From assembly GCA_958296135.2 (NCBI GenBank), contig CATQHZ020000001.1:2336001-2400000 (forward strand): 64,000 nucleotides of DNA, given 5' to 3'. The first letter of the stretch is position 1; the number at the start of each line of letters is the position of its first letter. This document shows, piece by piece, positions 19,080 through 28,111 of the stretch. A program made the position numbers and the translations under genes. The notes under the pieces were generated by a model. It was not told the DNA's origin. It was given only the letters and a program-made list of their open reading frames with translations, and searched no databases. The DNA comes from an uncultured Poribacteria bacterium (GTDB taxonomy: Bacteria > Poribacteria > WGA-4E > WGA-3G).

Positions 19080-19149
19080 AAGGGTATCGTTCCTTTTGTG
19101 TCCAAGTCTTTCTTCGCGGTGAGATGCGGGGTAGCGCAACTCGCGTGAC

Positions 19150-19178
19150 ATTATGACAGATTTCCCGATTTTTGTCAA
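19150..19178 (-). promoter_or_regulatory. Sigma70-like promoter for the Ldh_2 pair
   Basis: TTGACA-17 nt-CATAAT on the minus strand. Confidence 0.55.
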
Positions 19179-19198
19179 TCAGATTCCGCGAACATGAT

Positions 19199-19804
19199 TT
19201 ATGCCTGCTGGTTTACCATACTCGCAAGGATGCCGAGAATCTTGTCACACTGTGCGATCTGGTAGGGTGCCATATCCATAGAGAGGGTTTGCGCCTCCAA
19301 TTTCAGGAACCGCCACAGGATACCTGTCGTGGTGGCACCATAAACGCGCGGGATGTCATTCCCTTTTTGGGCATTAAAGCGCTGCGCCGCTAGCATCTCT
19401 GCAACACATTGCCCGAGGCCGCTTTCAAGTTTATCATTCTTTGCCTCAACAAGAATGATAACAGGGGCCTCAACAAACGCTTGCCAGGGTGACAAACTTA
19501 TCAAAAAATCGCACACACCGACTAAGCCGCTCTCGTCATCCACATTGAAGTCAATCCCCGAAAACAGACTGATACGACGCTCAAAGTGCTCCCGGAGCTC
19601 AAACAGAACCTCGGAGACAATCAGCTCCGACTTCGCTTTCTCCGTGCCGATAGCCGTCGCTAACGGGACTTTTTGCTCCAACGCCGTGGAAAGATACGCG
19701 CTCGGCTCCACCGGTTCAACGTCAGCAAAGAGCCCCGCGGCGTTAGTCCTTTCCAACTGAAACTCTTGCAGCACCGCTTGTAAAGTAAAGTTGCTATACG
19801 CCAT
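19199..19804 (-). CDS. PD-(D/E)XK-like hypothetical protein, array copy 8 (last; TAA stop)
   Basis: 201 aa with EKAKSE...GVCDF...VEAK...GLGQCVAEM...YGATT.G..W.F. GGAGG RBS present. Confidence 0.8.
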   Translation of the reverse strand: MAYSNFTLQAVLQEFQLERTNAAGLFADVEPVEPSAYLSTALEQKVPLATAIGTEKAKSELIVSEVLFELREHFERRISLFSGIDFNVDDESGLVGVCDFLISLSPWQAFVEAPVIILVEAKNDKLESGLGQCVAEMLAAQRFNAQKGNDIPRVYGATTTGILWRFLKLEAQTLSMDMAPYQIAQCDKILGILASMVNQQA

Positions 19805-19843
19805 GATGCAAGAACCTCCGCTGCCCGGCATCGCGCTGACAGT

Positions 19844-20449
19844 TCACGCCTGTTGGTTTACCATGCTTGCGAGGATGCCGAGGATCTTGTCGCAACGCTC
19901 AATGTGGTAGGCACCCATATCCATGTGGAGCCTCTTCCCCTCCAATTTCAGGAACCGCCACTCGGTGCCGGTGGTGGTGGCACCATAAACGCGCGGAATA
20001 TCGTTCCCTTTTTCCGCATTAAAGCGTTGCGCCGCAACCATCTCCGCAACACACTGCCCAAGCCCATGTTTCACATCCGCATTTTTGGCTTCCACGAGGA
20101 CAATGACAGGAGCCTCCACCTGTTCTTGCAATGCCGACAAACTGATAAGGAAATCACAGACACCGACGAGACCGGTTTGCTCATCTACGTTGAAGTCTAT
20201 CCCTGAAAAAAGACTGACACGGCCCTCAAAGTGCTCGCGGAGCTCAACCAGAATATCGGTAATAATCATCTCGGACTTGGCTTTCTCGGTCCCGATGGCA
20301 ATCGCTAATGGAGCCTTTTTCGCCAAGCCTGTGGTGAGATACTCACTCGGCTCCACCGGCTCTGCTTGAGCAAAAAGCCCGATAGACTGAACCGTTTCAA
20401 GCGCAAATGCCTTCCGTACAGAATCGAAGGTGAAATTGCTATACGCCAT
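19844..20449 (-). CDS. PD-(D/E)XK-like hypothetical protein, array copy 7
   Basis: 201-aa paralog with the same motifs; TGA stop. Confidence 0.8.
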   Translation of the reverse strand: MAYSNFTFDSVRKAFALETVQSIGLFAQAEPVEPSEYLTTGLAKKAPLAIAIGTEKAKSEMIITDILVELREHFEGRVSLFSGIDFNVDEQTGLVGVCDFLISLSALQEQVEAPVIVLVEAKNADVKHGLGQCVAEMVAAQRFNAEKGNDIPRVYGATTTGTEWRFLKLEGKRLHMDMGAYHIERCDKILGILASMVNQQA

Positions 20450-20455
20450 GATATG

Positions 20456-20695
20456 CTAACCTCCCGTGTCGTGATTTACGCTGCTCGCCAAGATGAGGAT
20501 ATCCGCGACAATCAACTCGGACTTCGCCTTCTCCGTGCCGATAGCCTTTGCTAACGGTGCCTTTTTTGACAAGGCTTTAGTAAGATATGCGCTCGGCACC
20601 ACCGGTTCGCTGTCAGCAAAAATGCTGGCACCATCAATTTCTTTTAACTGGAACGCTTCCGCCACCCTATCAAGCGTAAAACTGCTATACGGCAT
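20456..20695 (-). pseudogene. Internally deleted array copy 6
   Basis: The N-terminus (MPYSSF...ELIVADIL) is joined directly to the C-terminal ILAS.VN. About 120 codons, including the CDF/EAK core, are missing. Confidence 0.75.
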
Positions 20696-20734
20696 AACGA
20701 AAGAACCTCCGCTGCCCGGCATCGCACCAACAAT

Positions 20735-21340
20735 TCACGCCTGCTGTGTCACCATGCTCGCAAGGATGCCCAGAATCTTGTCGCACTGCGCAATTTGGTA
20801 GGCAGTTAGATCAATGGAGAGTGTCTGGCCCGCCAATTTCAGGAACAGCCAATCTAACCCCGACGTGGTGGCACCATAGACGCACGGAATGTCATTACCG
20901 GCTTCCGCATTAAAACGCTGCGCCGCCACCATCTCCGCAACACACTGCCCAAGCCCATCCGTCAGACTGTCCTTTTTGGCCTCCACGAGGACGATAACCG
21001 GTGCCTTCACAGACATTCGGTTTGGGGACAAACTTACTAAAAAATCGCACACCCCGGTCAACTCTTTATCGGCATCAACGTTGAAATCAACACCCGAGAA
21101 AAGACTGATACGCCCGTCAAAATTCTCGCAGAGTTCAACCAAAATATCGGCAACGATGAGTTCCGATTTCGCCTTCTCGGTGTTCATAGCGATGGCTAAC
21201 GGTGCCTTTTTCGCCAAACCGGTGGTAAGATATCCGCTCGGTATCACCGGCTCTGCTTCAGAAAAGAGTCCGGTAGTCCAGCGCGTCTCTAACTGAAAGG
21301 CTTCTTCCACCGTATCTACGGTAAAGTCGCTATACGCCAT
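20735..21340 (-). CDS. PD-(D/E)XK-like hypothetical protein, array copy 5
   Basis: 201-aa paralog; TGA stop. Confidence 0.8.
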   Translation of the reverse strand: MAYSDFTVDTVEEAFQLETRWTTGLFSEAEPVIPSGYLTTGLAKKAPLAIAMNTEKAKSELIVADILVELCENFDGRISLFSGVDFNVDADKELTGVCDFLVSLSPNRMSVKAPVIVLVEAKKDSLTDGLGQCVAEMVAAQRFNAEAGNDIPCVYGATTSGLDWLFLKLAGQTLSIDLTAYQIAQCDKILGILASMVTQQA

Positions 21341-21376
21341 GAGGAGAAACCTCCTGTGCTCGGCAGCACCGGCAGT

Positions 21377-21982
21377 TCACACCTGCTGTGTCACCATGCT
21401 CGCAAGGATACCCAGAATTCTGTCGCAACGTTCGATTTGGTAGACTTTCAAGTCAACAGAGAGCGTCTGTTCCGCCAACTTGAAGAACAGCCACTCGGTG
21501 CCAGACGTGGTGGCACCATAGACGCACGGAATGTCATTACCGGCTTCCGCATTAAAGCGCTGCGCCGCAACCATCTCCGCAACACACTGCCCGACTCCCT
21601 GCTTCACATCCGCATTCTTCGCCTCAACCAGCGCGATAACAGGAGCCTCCAAATCAAATGTCTCGGGCGACAAACTCACCAAAAAATCACACACACCTGT
21701 CAAGCCGTTGGAGGCATCTACGTTGAAGTCGATACCCGAAAAAAGACTCACGCGGTTATCAAAGTGTAAGCACAACTCTACGAGAATGTCCGAGACAATC
21801 AGTTCCGATTTCGCTTTCTCGGTACCCATCGCCAGCGCAAACGGCAGATTCCGCTCCAAGGAAGCCGTGAGATGAGCACTCGGCTCCACCGGCGCAATCT
21901 CCGAAAAAAGCCCGAACCGCCGAACCGTCTCCAAGTGAAAGGTGCGCGACACCTTGCTTAAGGTAAAACTGCTATACGCCAT
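21377..21982 (-). CDS. PD-(D/E)XK-like hypothetical protein, array copy 4
   Basis: 201-aa paralog from MAYSS with AGGAGG RBS; TGA stop. Confidence 0.8.
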   Translation of the reverse strand: MAYSSFTLSKVSRTFHLETVRRFGLFSEIAPVEPSAHLTASLERNLPFALAMGTEKAKSELIVSDILVELCLHFDNRVSLFSGIDFNVDASNGLTGVCDFLVSLSPETFDLEAPVIALVEAKNADVKQGVGQCVAEMVAAQRFNAEAGNDIPCVYGATTSGTEWLFFKLAEQTLSVDLKVYQIERCDRILGILASMVTQQV

Positions 21983-22021
21983 AATGAGAAATCCTCCTAT
22001 CTTCGGCAACGCACCGGCAGC

Positions 22022-22627
22022 TCACGCCTCTTGCGACACCATGCTGGCGAGGATACCCAGAATTTTGTCGCACTGCGAAAGTGGGTAGACTGTCAGGTCA
22101 ATGGAGAGTGTCTGGCCCGCCAATTTCAGGAACAGCCACTCGGTGCCAGACGTGGTGGCACCATAGACACATGGGATGTCATTACCGGCTTCCGCATTAA
22201 AGCGCTGCGCCGCAACCATCTCCGCAACACACTGCCCGACTCCCTGCTTTACATCCGCATTCTTCGCCTCAACCAGCGCGATAACAGGGGCCTCCAAATC
22301 AAAGCGCTGGGGTGACAGACTCACCAAAAAATCACACACACCCGTCAAACCGTTGGAGGCATCTACGTTGAAGTCAATACCCGAAAAAAGACTCACGCGG
22401 TCCGCAAAGTGTAAACACAGCTCAATGAGAACTGGGGAGACAATCAGTTCCGATTTCGCCTTCTCCGTACCCATCGTCAGCGCAAACGGCAGATTCCGCT
22501 TCAGGACCGTGGTGAGCGGCGCGCTCGGCTCCACCGGCGCAATCTCCGAAAAGAGACCGAACTTCCAAACCGTCTCCAGATGAAAGGCGCGCGACACTTT
22601 GCTTAAGGTAAAACTGCTATACGCCAT
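22022..22627 (-). CDS. PD-(D/E)XK-like hypothetical protein, array copy 3
   Basis: 201-aa paralog from MAYSS; TGA stop. Confidence 0.8.
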   Translation of the reverse strand: MAYSSFTLSKVSRAFHLETVWKFGLFSEIAPVEPSAPLTTVLKRNLPFALTMGTEKAKSELIVSPVLIELCLHFADRVSLFSGIDFNVDASNGLTGVCDFLVSLSPQRFDLEAPVIALVEAKNADVKQGVGQCVAEMVAAQRFNAEAGNDIPCVYGATTSGTEWLFLKLAGQTLSIDLTVYPLSQCDKILGILASMVSQEA

Positions 22628-22666
22628 GATGAGAAATCCTCCTATCTTTGGCAACGCACCGGCAGC

Positions 22667-23272
22667 TCACGCCTCTTGCGACACCATACTCGCAAGGATA
22701 CCCAGAATTTTGTCGCACTGCAAGAGTGGGTAGACTGTCAGATCTATGGAGAGTGTCTGGCTCGCCAATTTCAGAAACAGCCACTCGGTGCCAGACGTGG
22801 TGGCACCATAGACACACGGGATGTCATTGCCGGCTTCCGCATTAAAGCGCTGCGCGGCAACCATCTCCGCAACACACTGCCCAAGCCCATCTGTCAGACT
22901 GTCCCTTTTAGCTTCAACGAGGATGATAGCCGGGGCCTCTAAATCAAAGGCCTGGGGTGACAGACTCACCAAAAAATCACACACACCCGTCAAACCGTTG
23001 GAGGCATCCACATTGAAATCTATCCCCGAAAAAAGACTCACGCGGTCCGCAAAGTGCAAGCAGAGCTCCACCAAAACCGGCGCAACAATCAATTCCGATT
23101 TCGCCTTCTCCGTACCCATCGTCAGCGCAAACGGCAGATGCCGCTTCAAGCAGGCCGTGAGATGAGCACTCGGCTCCACCGGCGCAATCTCCGAAAAAAG
23201 CCCGAACCGCCGAACCGTCTCCAAGTGAAAGGCGCGCGACACCTTGCTTAAGGTAAAACTGCTATACGCCAT
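22667..23272 (-). CDS. PD-(D/E)XK-like hypothetical protein, array copy 2
   Basis: 201-aa paralog from MAYSS; TGA stop. Confidence 0.8.
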   Translation of the reverse strand: MAYSSFTLSKVSRAFHLETVRRFGLFSEIAPVEPSAHLTACLKRHLPFALTMGTEKAKSELIVAPVLVELCLHFADRVSLFSGIDFNVDASNGLTGVCDFLVSLSPQAFDLEAPAIILVEAKRDSLTDGLGQCVAEMVAAQRFNAEAGNDIPCVYGATTSGTEWLFLKLASQTLSIDLTVYPLLQCDKILGILASMVSQEA

Positions 23273-23312
23273 GATGAGAAATCCTCCTATCTTTGGCAAC
23301 GCCCCCGGCAAC

Positions 23313-23918
23313 TCACGCCTCTTGCGACACCATACTCGCAAGGATACCCAGAATCTTGTCGCACTGCGAGAGTTGGTAGGCCGTCATGTCTATGGAGAGT
23401 GTCTGGCCCGCCAATTTCAGGAACAGCCAATCTAACCCCGACGTGGTGGCACCATAGATGCACGGAATGTCATTGCCGGCTTCCGCATTAAAACGCTGCG
23501 CCGCAACCATCTCCGCAACACACTGCCCAAGCCCATCTATCAGACTATCCCTCTTTGCTTCGACGAGGATGATAGCCGGCGCCTCTAAATCAACGAGCTG
23601 GGGCGACAGACTCACCAAAAAATCGCACACACCCGTCAAACCGTTGCTGGCATCTACGTTGAAGTCAATACCCGAAAAAAGACTCACGCGGTGCTCAAAG
23701 CGTAAACACAACTCAATGAGAACTTGGGCGACAATCAACTCCGATTTCGCCTTCTCCGTACCCATCGTCAGCGCAAACGGCAGATTCCGCTCCAAGACCG
23801 TGGTGAGCGCTGCACTCGGCTCCACCGGCGCAATCTCCGAAAAAATACCGCGCTTCCAAACCGTCTCCAAGTGAAAGGCGCGCGACACTTTGCTTAAGGT
23901 AAAACTGCTATATGCCAT
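23313..23918 (-). CDS. PD-(D/E)XK-like hypothetical protein, array copy 1 (first transcribed)
   Basis: 201-aa paralog with AGGAGG RBS; TGA stop. Confidence 0.8.
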   Translation of the reverse strand: MAYSSFTLSKVSRAFHLETVWKRGIFSEIAPVEPSAALTTVLERNLPFALTMGTEKAKSELIVAQVLIELCLRFEHRVSLFSGIDFNVDASNGLTGVCDFLVSLSPQLVDLEAPAIILVEAKRDSLIDGLGQCVAEMVAAQRFNAEAGNDIPCIYGATTSGLDWLFLKLAGQTLSIDMTAYQLSQCDKILGILASMVSQEA

Positions 23919-23951
23919 GAGGAGAAACCCTCCTAACTATTATCTTTTTTT

Positions 23952-23980
23952 ATTATAACCGATTTCTCAGCAAAATGCAA
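23952..23980 (-). promoter_or_regulatory. Sigma70-like promoter heading the paralog array
   Basis: TTGCAT-17 nt-TATAAT on the minus strand, 34 nt upstream of the copy 1 ATG. Confidence 0.6.
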
Positions 23981-23992
23981 GCAAAATCGAAC

Positions 23993-26884
23993 CTACGATT
24001 TCTTCCCACCGTTGATGCTCGGCTCCCGACATAGCATCCGCCGCAACAGCGCAAGCCCCTCATGCACATCCGGACGCGCTGCCGCCGAAATGCTGAGAAC
24101 CTCCGATAACAACAGCCCATCCAACTCCCACCGATGTTCATCGCGTTTTTCCGCTATATCCATTTCATTGAATGGACGCAACTCTCGCCCCTTCAGCGCG
24201 TGGAAAATCCGTTCGGCACGAGCCAAGGCCGCATCCGATAATTGGCGGACATCTAGCGTCGGCATCGAATCAAACGCCGCACGACTCAACTTCCCGCGGC
24301 CCTGCTGTTGCTTACCACTGTGCAGCCAGTGGCAGAGCAAACCAAACGTCGAATTGCACCACAACGTCCACGCATACTCGTATCTCTCGTCCGAGAAATA
24401 TACGTTAGGAATCAAAGCGATGCCGAGAGATTTCTCTTCAGTGAACATCACCGCCAATGAATTCGCATTGAACCGCATCTCCAAATTATAGTGGACGCGG
24501 CTGTTCAGTTGCAAGATACGCTGCACCTTTTCCGCCATATTCGGACGCGGCATCGCGTGCGCATCAGGGGCAACTCGCATCGTTCGCTGCGAATCCGAAC
24601 GTACATGCCACAAAACAGGATACTGCGCCGTGTCAGGACACGCCTTCACAACGTCAAATGCCCCTCTGCCGCTGCCACCGTATATATCCTTGGGGCCCGT
24701 CCCAAGCGTCCCGATTTCGGATGCGGCACAAATTGGCAGGCGAATATCTGAAGTCTGCCGCGGCAGTCGCAGCACGCCGTTCGCGAGATGATACGCCGAT
24801 TGGACAGCAATCATGTCCTTGACACGCGAGACAGGCCAGGCACTATTATTTTCAGGTAAGCGCGCGGAGATGACATGTCCTAGCGTCTCATCGCCGACGT
24901 TGAGCGGCGCACCGCCGCCAAGCACATCTTCGTCAAGATGACGGCTCCCCTTCCGCAGATGAATCTGTCTCGCAATTTCCTGCGCCTCCAATTCGCCATC
25001 GGGACATCTGTCAAGACAGACGAACGTCGCGCTGCCAGTGTTCTGCCCCGCGCCTTTCGTTGCGACGACGAGACACTCCGCTATCCCCGTATCTGCTGAG
25101 AACGTGCACGCCTCAATGTCGGGATTCGCAATGCTGATGACAATCACATCGTGATATTCGTGCGCCCACATGCCGCGCACCTTATACCAACTATTTCCGG
25201 TGATAACCGTTAAGGGAAGCACAAACGCCATCTTGCCACCCCGCTTTAGCATTCTGTCGGCAAGATCGACGAAGGACGCGCCAAGTCCAGGGTTGTTACC
25301 AGAGAGCCGTCCTTTTTGGGCCCGCAGCGACGCGCGCATCGCTGCATCAACCTTCTTGTCGGCGAAGATATTCTTCGGCATGTTCGCATTCGGATCTGCG
25401 CTCCGAGTATACGGTGGATTTTGGATGACGATATCCATCTCGCCGTGACGAAACGCTTCCTGGAGAGCCGTCGTCTCCATGCTGTGCCCAGTCGTCATCT
25501 CCGTTGTCCCTAATAGGAGAGGCAGCGTGCCGCCCGGGTCGTTCAATAGATTCAGTGCACCGATGCCGTAGAGCCCATCTTCGCGCACAGTACCGTAGGA
25601 CATCGTATGGATACGCGTGGAGCCAATGCAGGTTTGCGGCTGGGTACTGGCGATGATAGCCGCCGTGAGATGCACCGCGTTCGGCAAAATGTCACACCCA
25701 ACGAGGTTCTGCTCTAGCATCTGCTGATGGATGTCCGCTGCATCGCCGCCGGCTTGTTCATGCAACAGGCGGAGGCGTTGATAAACGCCGTTGAGGAGAG
25801 AACCCGTGCCGCAAGCAAAATCCGCAACCTTCGGAAGGGCATCCATCTCTCCAAGCGAAGGTAAAACCAACGCGCAAAGGAGCGCAGAAGATTCCGGGCG
25901 CGTATAGTTTGCCTTGATAATCTTCCGGTCGGCGATGAGTCTCTGGAAGACGATGCCGGCGAGCTCGTGCTCCTGCGCGAGCCCCATCAGCTCCAAATCG
26001 CGCGCCGTGTCACGAAGCACACTCAGCACCTTGCCCACCAGTTTATCGTCTGCACTGAGAATCCGGACGAGTTGATAGGCTACGTTGAAAATCGGCGCAT
26101 AGTTCACCTTTTGGATAGCGCGCCACGCTCTTAGCACCTCGTCGGAGTCAAGCTGCCCGTAAGCAGCGATGAGTTCGCTGAGCGACGGCACCTCTTCCAG
26201 AGCCGGCGTTCGCCCGAGGTAACTTTGGAAAACGAGCGCGTTGCTGATGATGAGCATCGCCAACTGGTTCGTCTGTTCACCCGGTTCCTGCACGAGGATA
26301 CCCCCGATTTTCTCACCGAGCCGCGGACGCTGTTGGAGAGCCCCATCAACGATAGCAGCAGCGCGCCGGATACCATGCTCCAGAATTTTGGCGGCCTGCT
26401 CTATCTTGGCAATCGGCATCGCACCGATGGTAATAGCCATCGCGATATCGGCGATGCTACCCGCCAGCCAACCCCTTTTTGGGAAGCGGCGCGGCTCGTC
26501 AACGTTGAGCAAAATATAGCGGAACGCTTCCTCTGCCTCAAGACTCGCGCGAATTGCGTCCCTCGGCATCGTCCTGAATGCATGCGGAATGCGAATTGCG
26601 ATGGCACTCGCAACCGGCTGCAGCGTCGTCTTGAGCGTTTTGCCGAGGTAATGCAGACGTGCCTGTTCTTCGCCAGCCTCGTTTGCCCCGCGTGCCGTGT
26701 CAATTTTCACCTCAATGGCGAGTGGATATCGTTCAGTTGTCCGAACAATTGCATCCGGTTTCCGGTCATTTTCGACGAAGGGTTGCGGTGCCTGCTCATC
26801 AATATCCCATTTTGAACGCATCGGCGTTAAAATGTCAAGGAACATGGTGGTGATGGTATCTTCGCTGCTGCGGTGTTGGTTCAT
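23993..26884 (-). CDS. Type IIG-like fused restriction endonuclease / N6-adenine methyltransferase
   Basis: N-terminal KPDAIV...IEVK, NYTRP, VADFACGTGSLL (motif I), IQNPPY (motif IV), and a C-terminal TRD-like region (LWCNSTFG). Confidence 0.8.
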   Translation of the reverse strand: MNQHRSSEDTITTMFLDILTPMRSKWDIDEQAPQPFVENDRKPDAIVRTTERYPLAIEVKIDTARGANEAGEEQARLHYLGKTLKTTLQPVASAIAIRIPHAFRTMPRDAIRASLEAEEAFRYILLNVDEPRRFPKRGWLAGSIADIAMAITIGAMPIAKIEQAAKILEHGIRRAAAIVDGALQQRPRLGEKIGGILVQEPGEQTNQLAMLIISNALVFQSYLGRTPALEEVPSLSELIAAYGQLDSDEVLRAWRAIQKVNYAPIFNVAYQLVRILSADDKLVGKVLSVLRDTARDLELMGLAQEHELAGIVFQRLIADRKIIKANYTRPESSALLCALVLPSLGEMDALPKVADFACGTGSLLNGVYQRLRLLHEQAGGDAADIHQQMLEQNLVGCDILPNAVHLTAAIIASTQPQTCIGSTRIHTMSYGTVREDGLYGIGALNLLNDPGGTLPLLLGTTEMTTGHSMETTALQEAFRHGEMDIVIQNPPYTRSADPNANMPKNIFADKKVDAAMRASLRAQKGRLSGNNPGLGASFVDLADRMLKRGGKMAFVLPLTVITGNSWYKVRGMWAHEYHDVIVISIANPDIEACTFSADTGIAECLVVATKGAGQNTGSATFVCLDRCPDGELEAQEIARQIHLRKGSRHLDEDVLGGGAPLNVGDETLGHVISARLPENNSAWPVSRVKDMIAVQSAYHLANGVLRLPRQTSDIRLPICAASEIGTLGTGPKDIYGGSGRGAFDVVKACPDTAQYPVLWHVRSDSQRTMRVAPDAHAMPRPNMAEKVQRILQLNSRVHYNLEMRFNANSLAVMFTEEKSLGIALIPNVYFSDERYEYAWTLWCNSTFGLLCHWLHSGKQQQGRGKLSRAAFDSMPTLDVRQLSDAALARAERIFHALKGRELRPFNEMDIAEKRDEHRWELDGLLLSEVLSISAAARPDVHEGLALLRRMLCREPSINGGKKS

Positions 26885-27025
26885 GCTGCTCTCCTTTTTC
26901 GGGGTGGTTCTTCATCATCATCCATTATCTCGGATTTGCATCTGGATGTCAAGTCGTTTTTTGTTGTCTGAATACCGAAAACCTGCTATCATATCCAAAA
27001 CCCGCATTTTCAGGAGAAGCACATT

Positions 27026-28111
27026 ATGAAACAGGTCACGCTTTATCGCGAGCCGGGCCGCTTTGCCGGCTGGCCCGCAAACTACGGTATTTGGGCATGG
27101 GATAACGAAATCGTCGTCGGGTTCACTGTCGGCTACCACAAATCGGATGCAGGCTTTCATCGCCGCGACCGGGATAAACCGTTCACTGCGATGCAGGCGC
27201 GCAGCCTTGATGGCGGCGAAACATGGAGCGTCTCCGAGACACCGTGCCGCCTCCCCGGCAAAGGCACACTGTCTGCCAACGAACACGGACAGAATCAGCA
27301 CAGCGTGGCGGCGGCGGATGTTTACGAATCGCCGCGGCGCGTCAATTTCACGCACCCTGATTTTGCGATGATGTGCAGTAGAGCAGGATTGACAGCCGGC
27401 TCCTACTCGTGGTTTTATACCTCCACAGATAGATGCAAAAGTTGGGAGGGCCCGTTTCGGCTGCCCGATTTCGGCTACACCGGCATCGCCGCCCGCACCG
27501 ATTACCTCGTCTCCAATTCCGACGAATGCCTGCTTTTCCTCACCGCCTCCAAAGCGAACGGACAAGAAGGCCTGATATTCTGTGCGCGCACGGTTGATGG
27601 CGGCATCTCCTTCTCGCGACACGCGCAAATCGGGCCGGAACCGAAAGGGTTCGCCATCATGCCAGCAAGCGTGCGGCTGTCCGATTCACACATTTTGGTA
27701 GCAGTGCGGTGCCGAGGCGGCGGCAAGTCGCCTGAAAATTGGCAAAATCGGGAAAACTGGATCGATCTTTACGCTTCAGCCGACAACGGACACACATGGC
27801 ACTATAAAAACCGCCCCGTGGAAAACACTGGGAACGGTGGAAATCCGCCGACCTTGACGCTTCTGCACGACAGAACCCTGTGTCTTATCTACGGCTATCG
27901 GGATGCCCCCCATCGCATCTGTGCTAAGCTGAGCAGCGATGCAGGCGAGACGTGGAGCGGTGAAATCGTCCTGCGCGATAACGGGGCAGACCACGACATC
28001 GGCTACCCCCGCACTGTGCAACGCCCAGATGGCACCATCGTAACAGTCTATTATTTTGATGAGGAACCTGATGGCGAAAGGTTTATTGAGGCAACGTTGT
28101 GGAAGCCGTAA
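27026..28111 (+). CDS. Sialidase-like BNR/Asp-box beta-propeller protein
   Basis: Asp-boxes SLDGGETW, STDRCKSW, SADNGHTW and SSDAGETW, plus DIGYP. Confidence 0.8.
   Translation: MKQVTLYREPGRFAGWPANYGIWAWDNEIVVGFTVGYHKSDAGFHRRDRDKPFTAMQARSLDGGETWSVSETPCRLPGKGTLSANEHGQNQHSVAAADVYESPRRVNFTHPDFAMMCSRAGLTAGSYSWFYTSTDRCKSWEGPFRLPDFGYTGIAARTDYLVSNSDECLLFLTASKANGQEGLIFCARTVDGGISFSRHAQIGPEPKGFAIMPASVRLSDSHILVAVRCRGGGKSPENWQNRENWIDLYASADNGHTWHYKNRPVENTGNGGNPPTLTLLHDRTLCLIYGYRDAPHRICAKLSSDAGETWSGEIVLRDNGADHDIGYPRTVQRPDGTIVTVYYFDEEPDGERFIEATLWKP

Noticed and set aside
19805-23312. SECIS elements after the array TGA codons
   Set aside because: Only one spacer forms a clear small hairpin (GTGCT-GCCG-AGCAC). 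No conserved stem-loop is visible across copies.
19199-23918. Diversity-generating retroelement or integron cassette array
   Set aside because: There is no reverse transcriptase or integrase. Differences are spread over whole genes and not confined to adenines. The 36-40-nt spacers are too short for attC sites and lack their structure.
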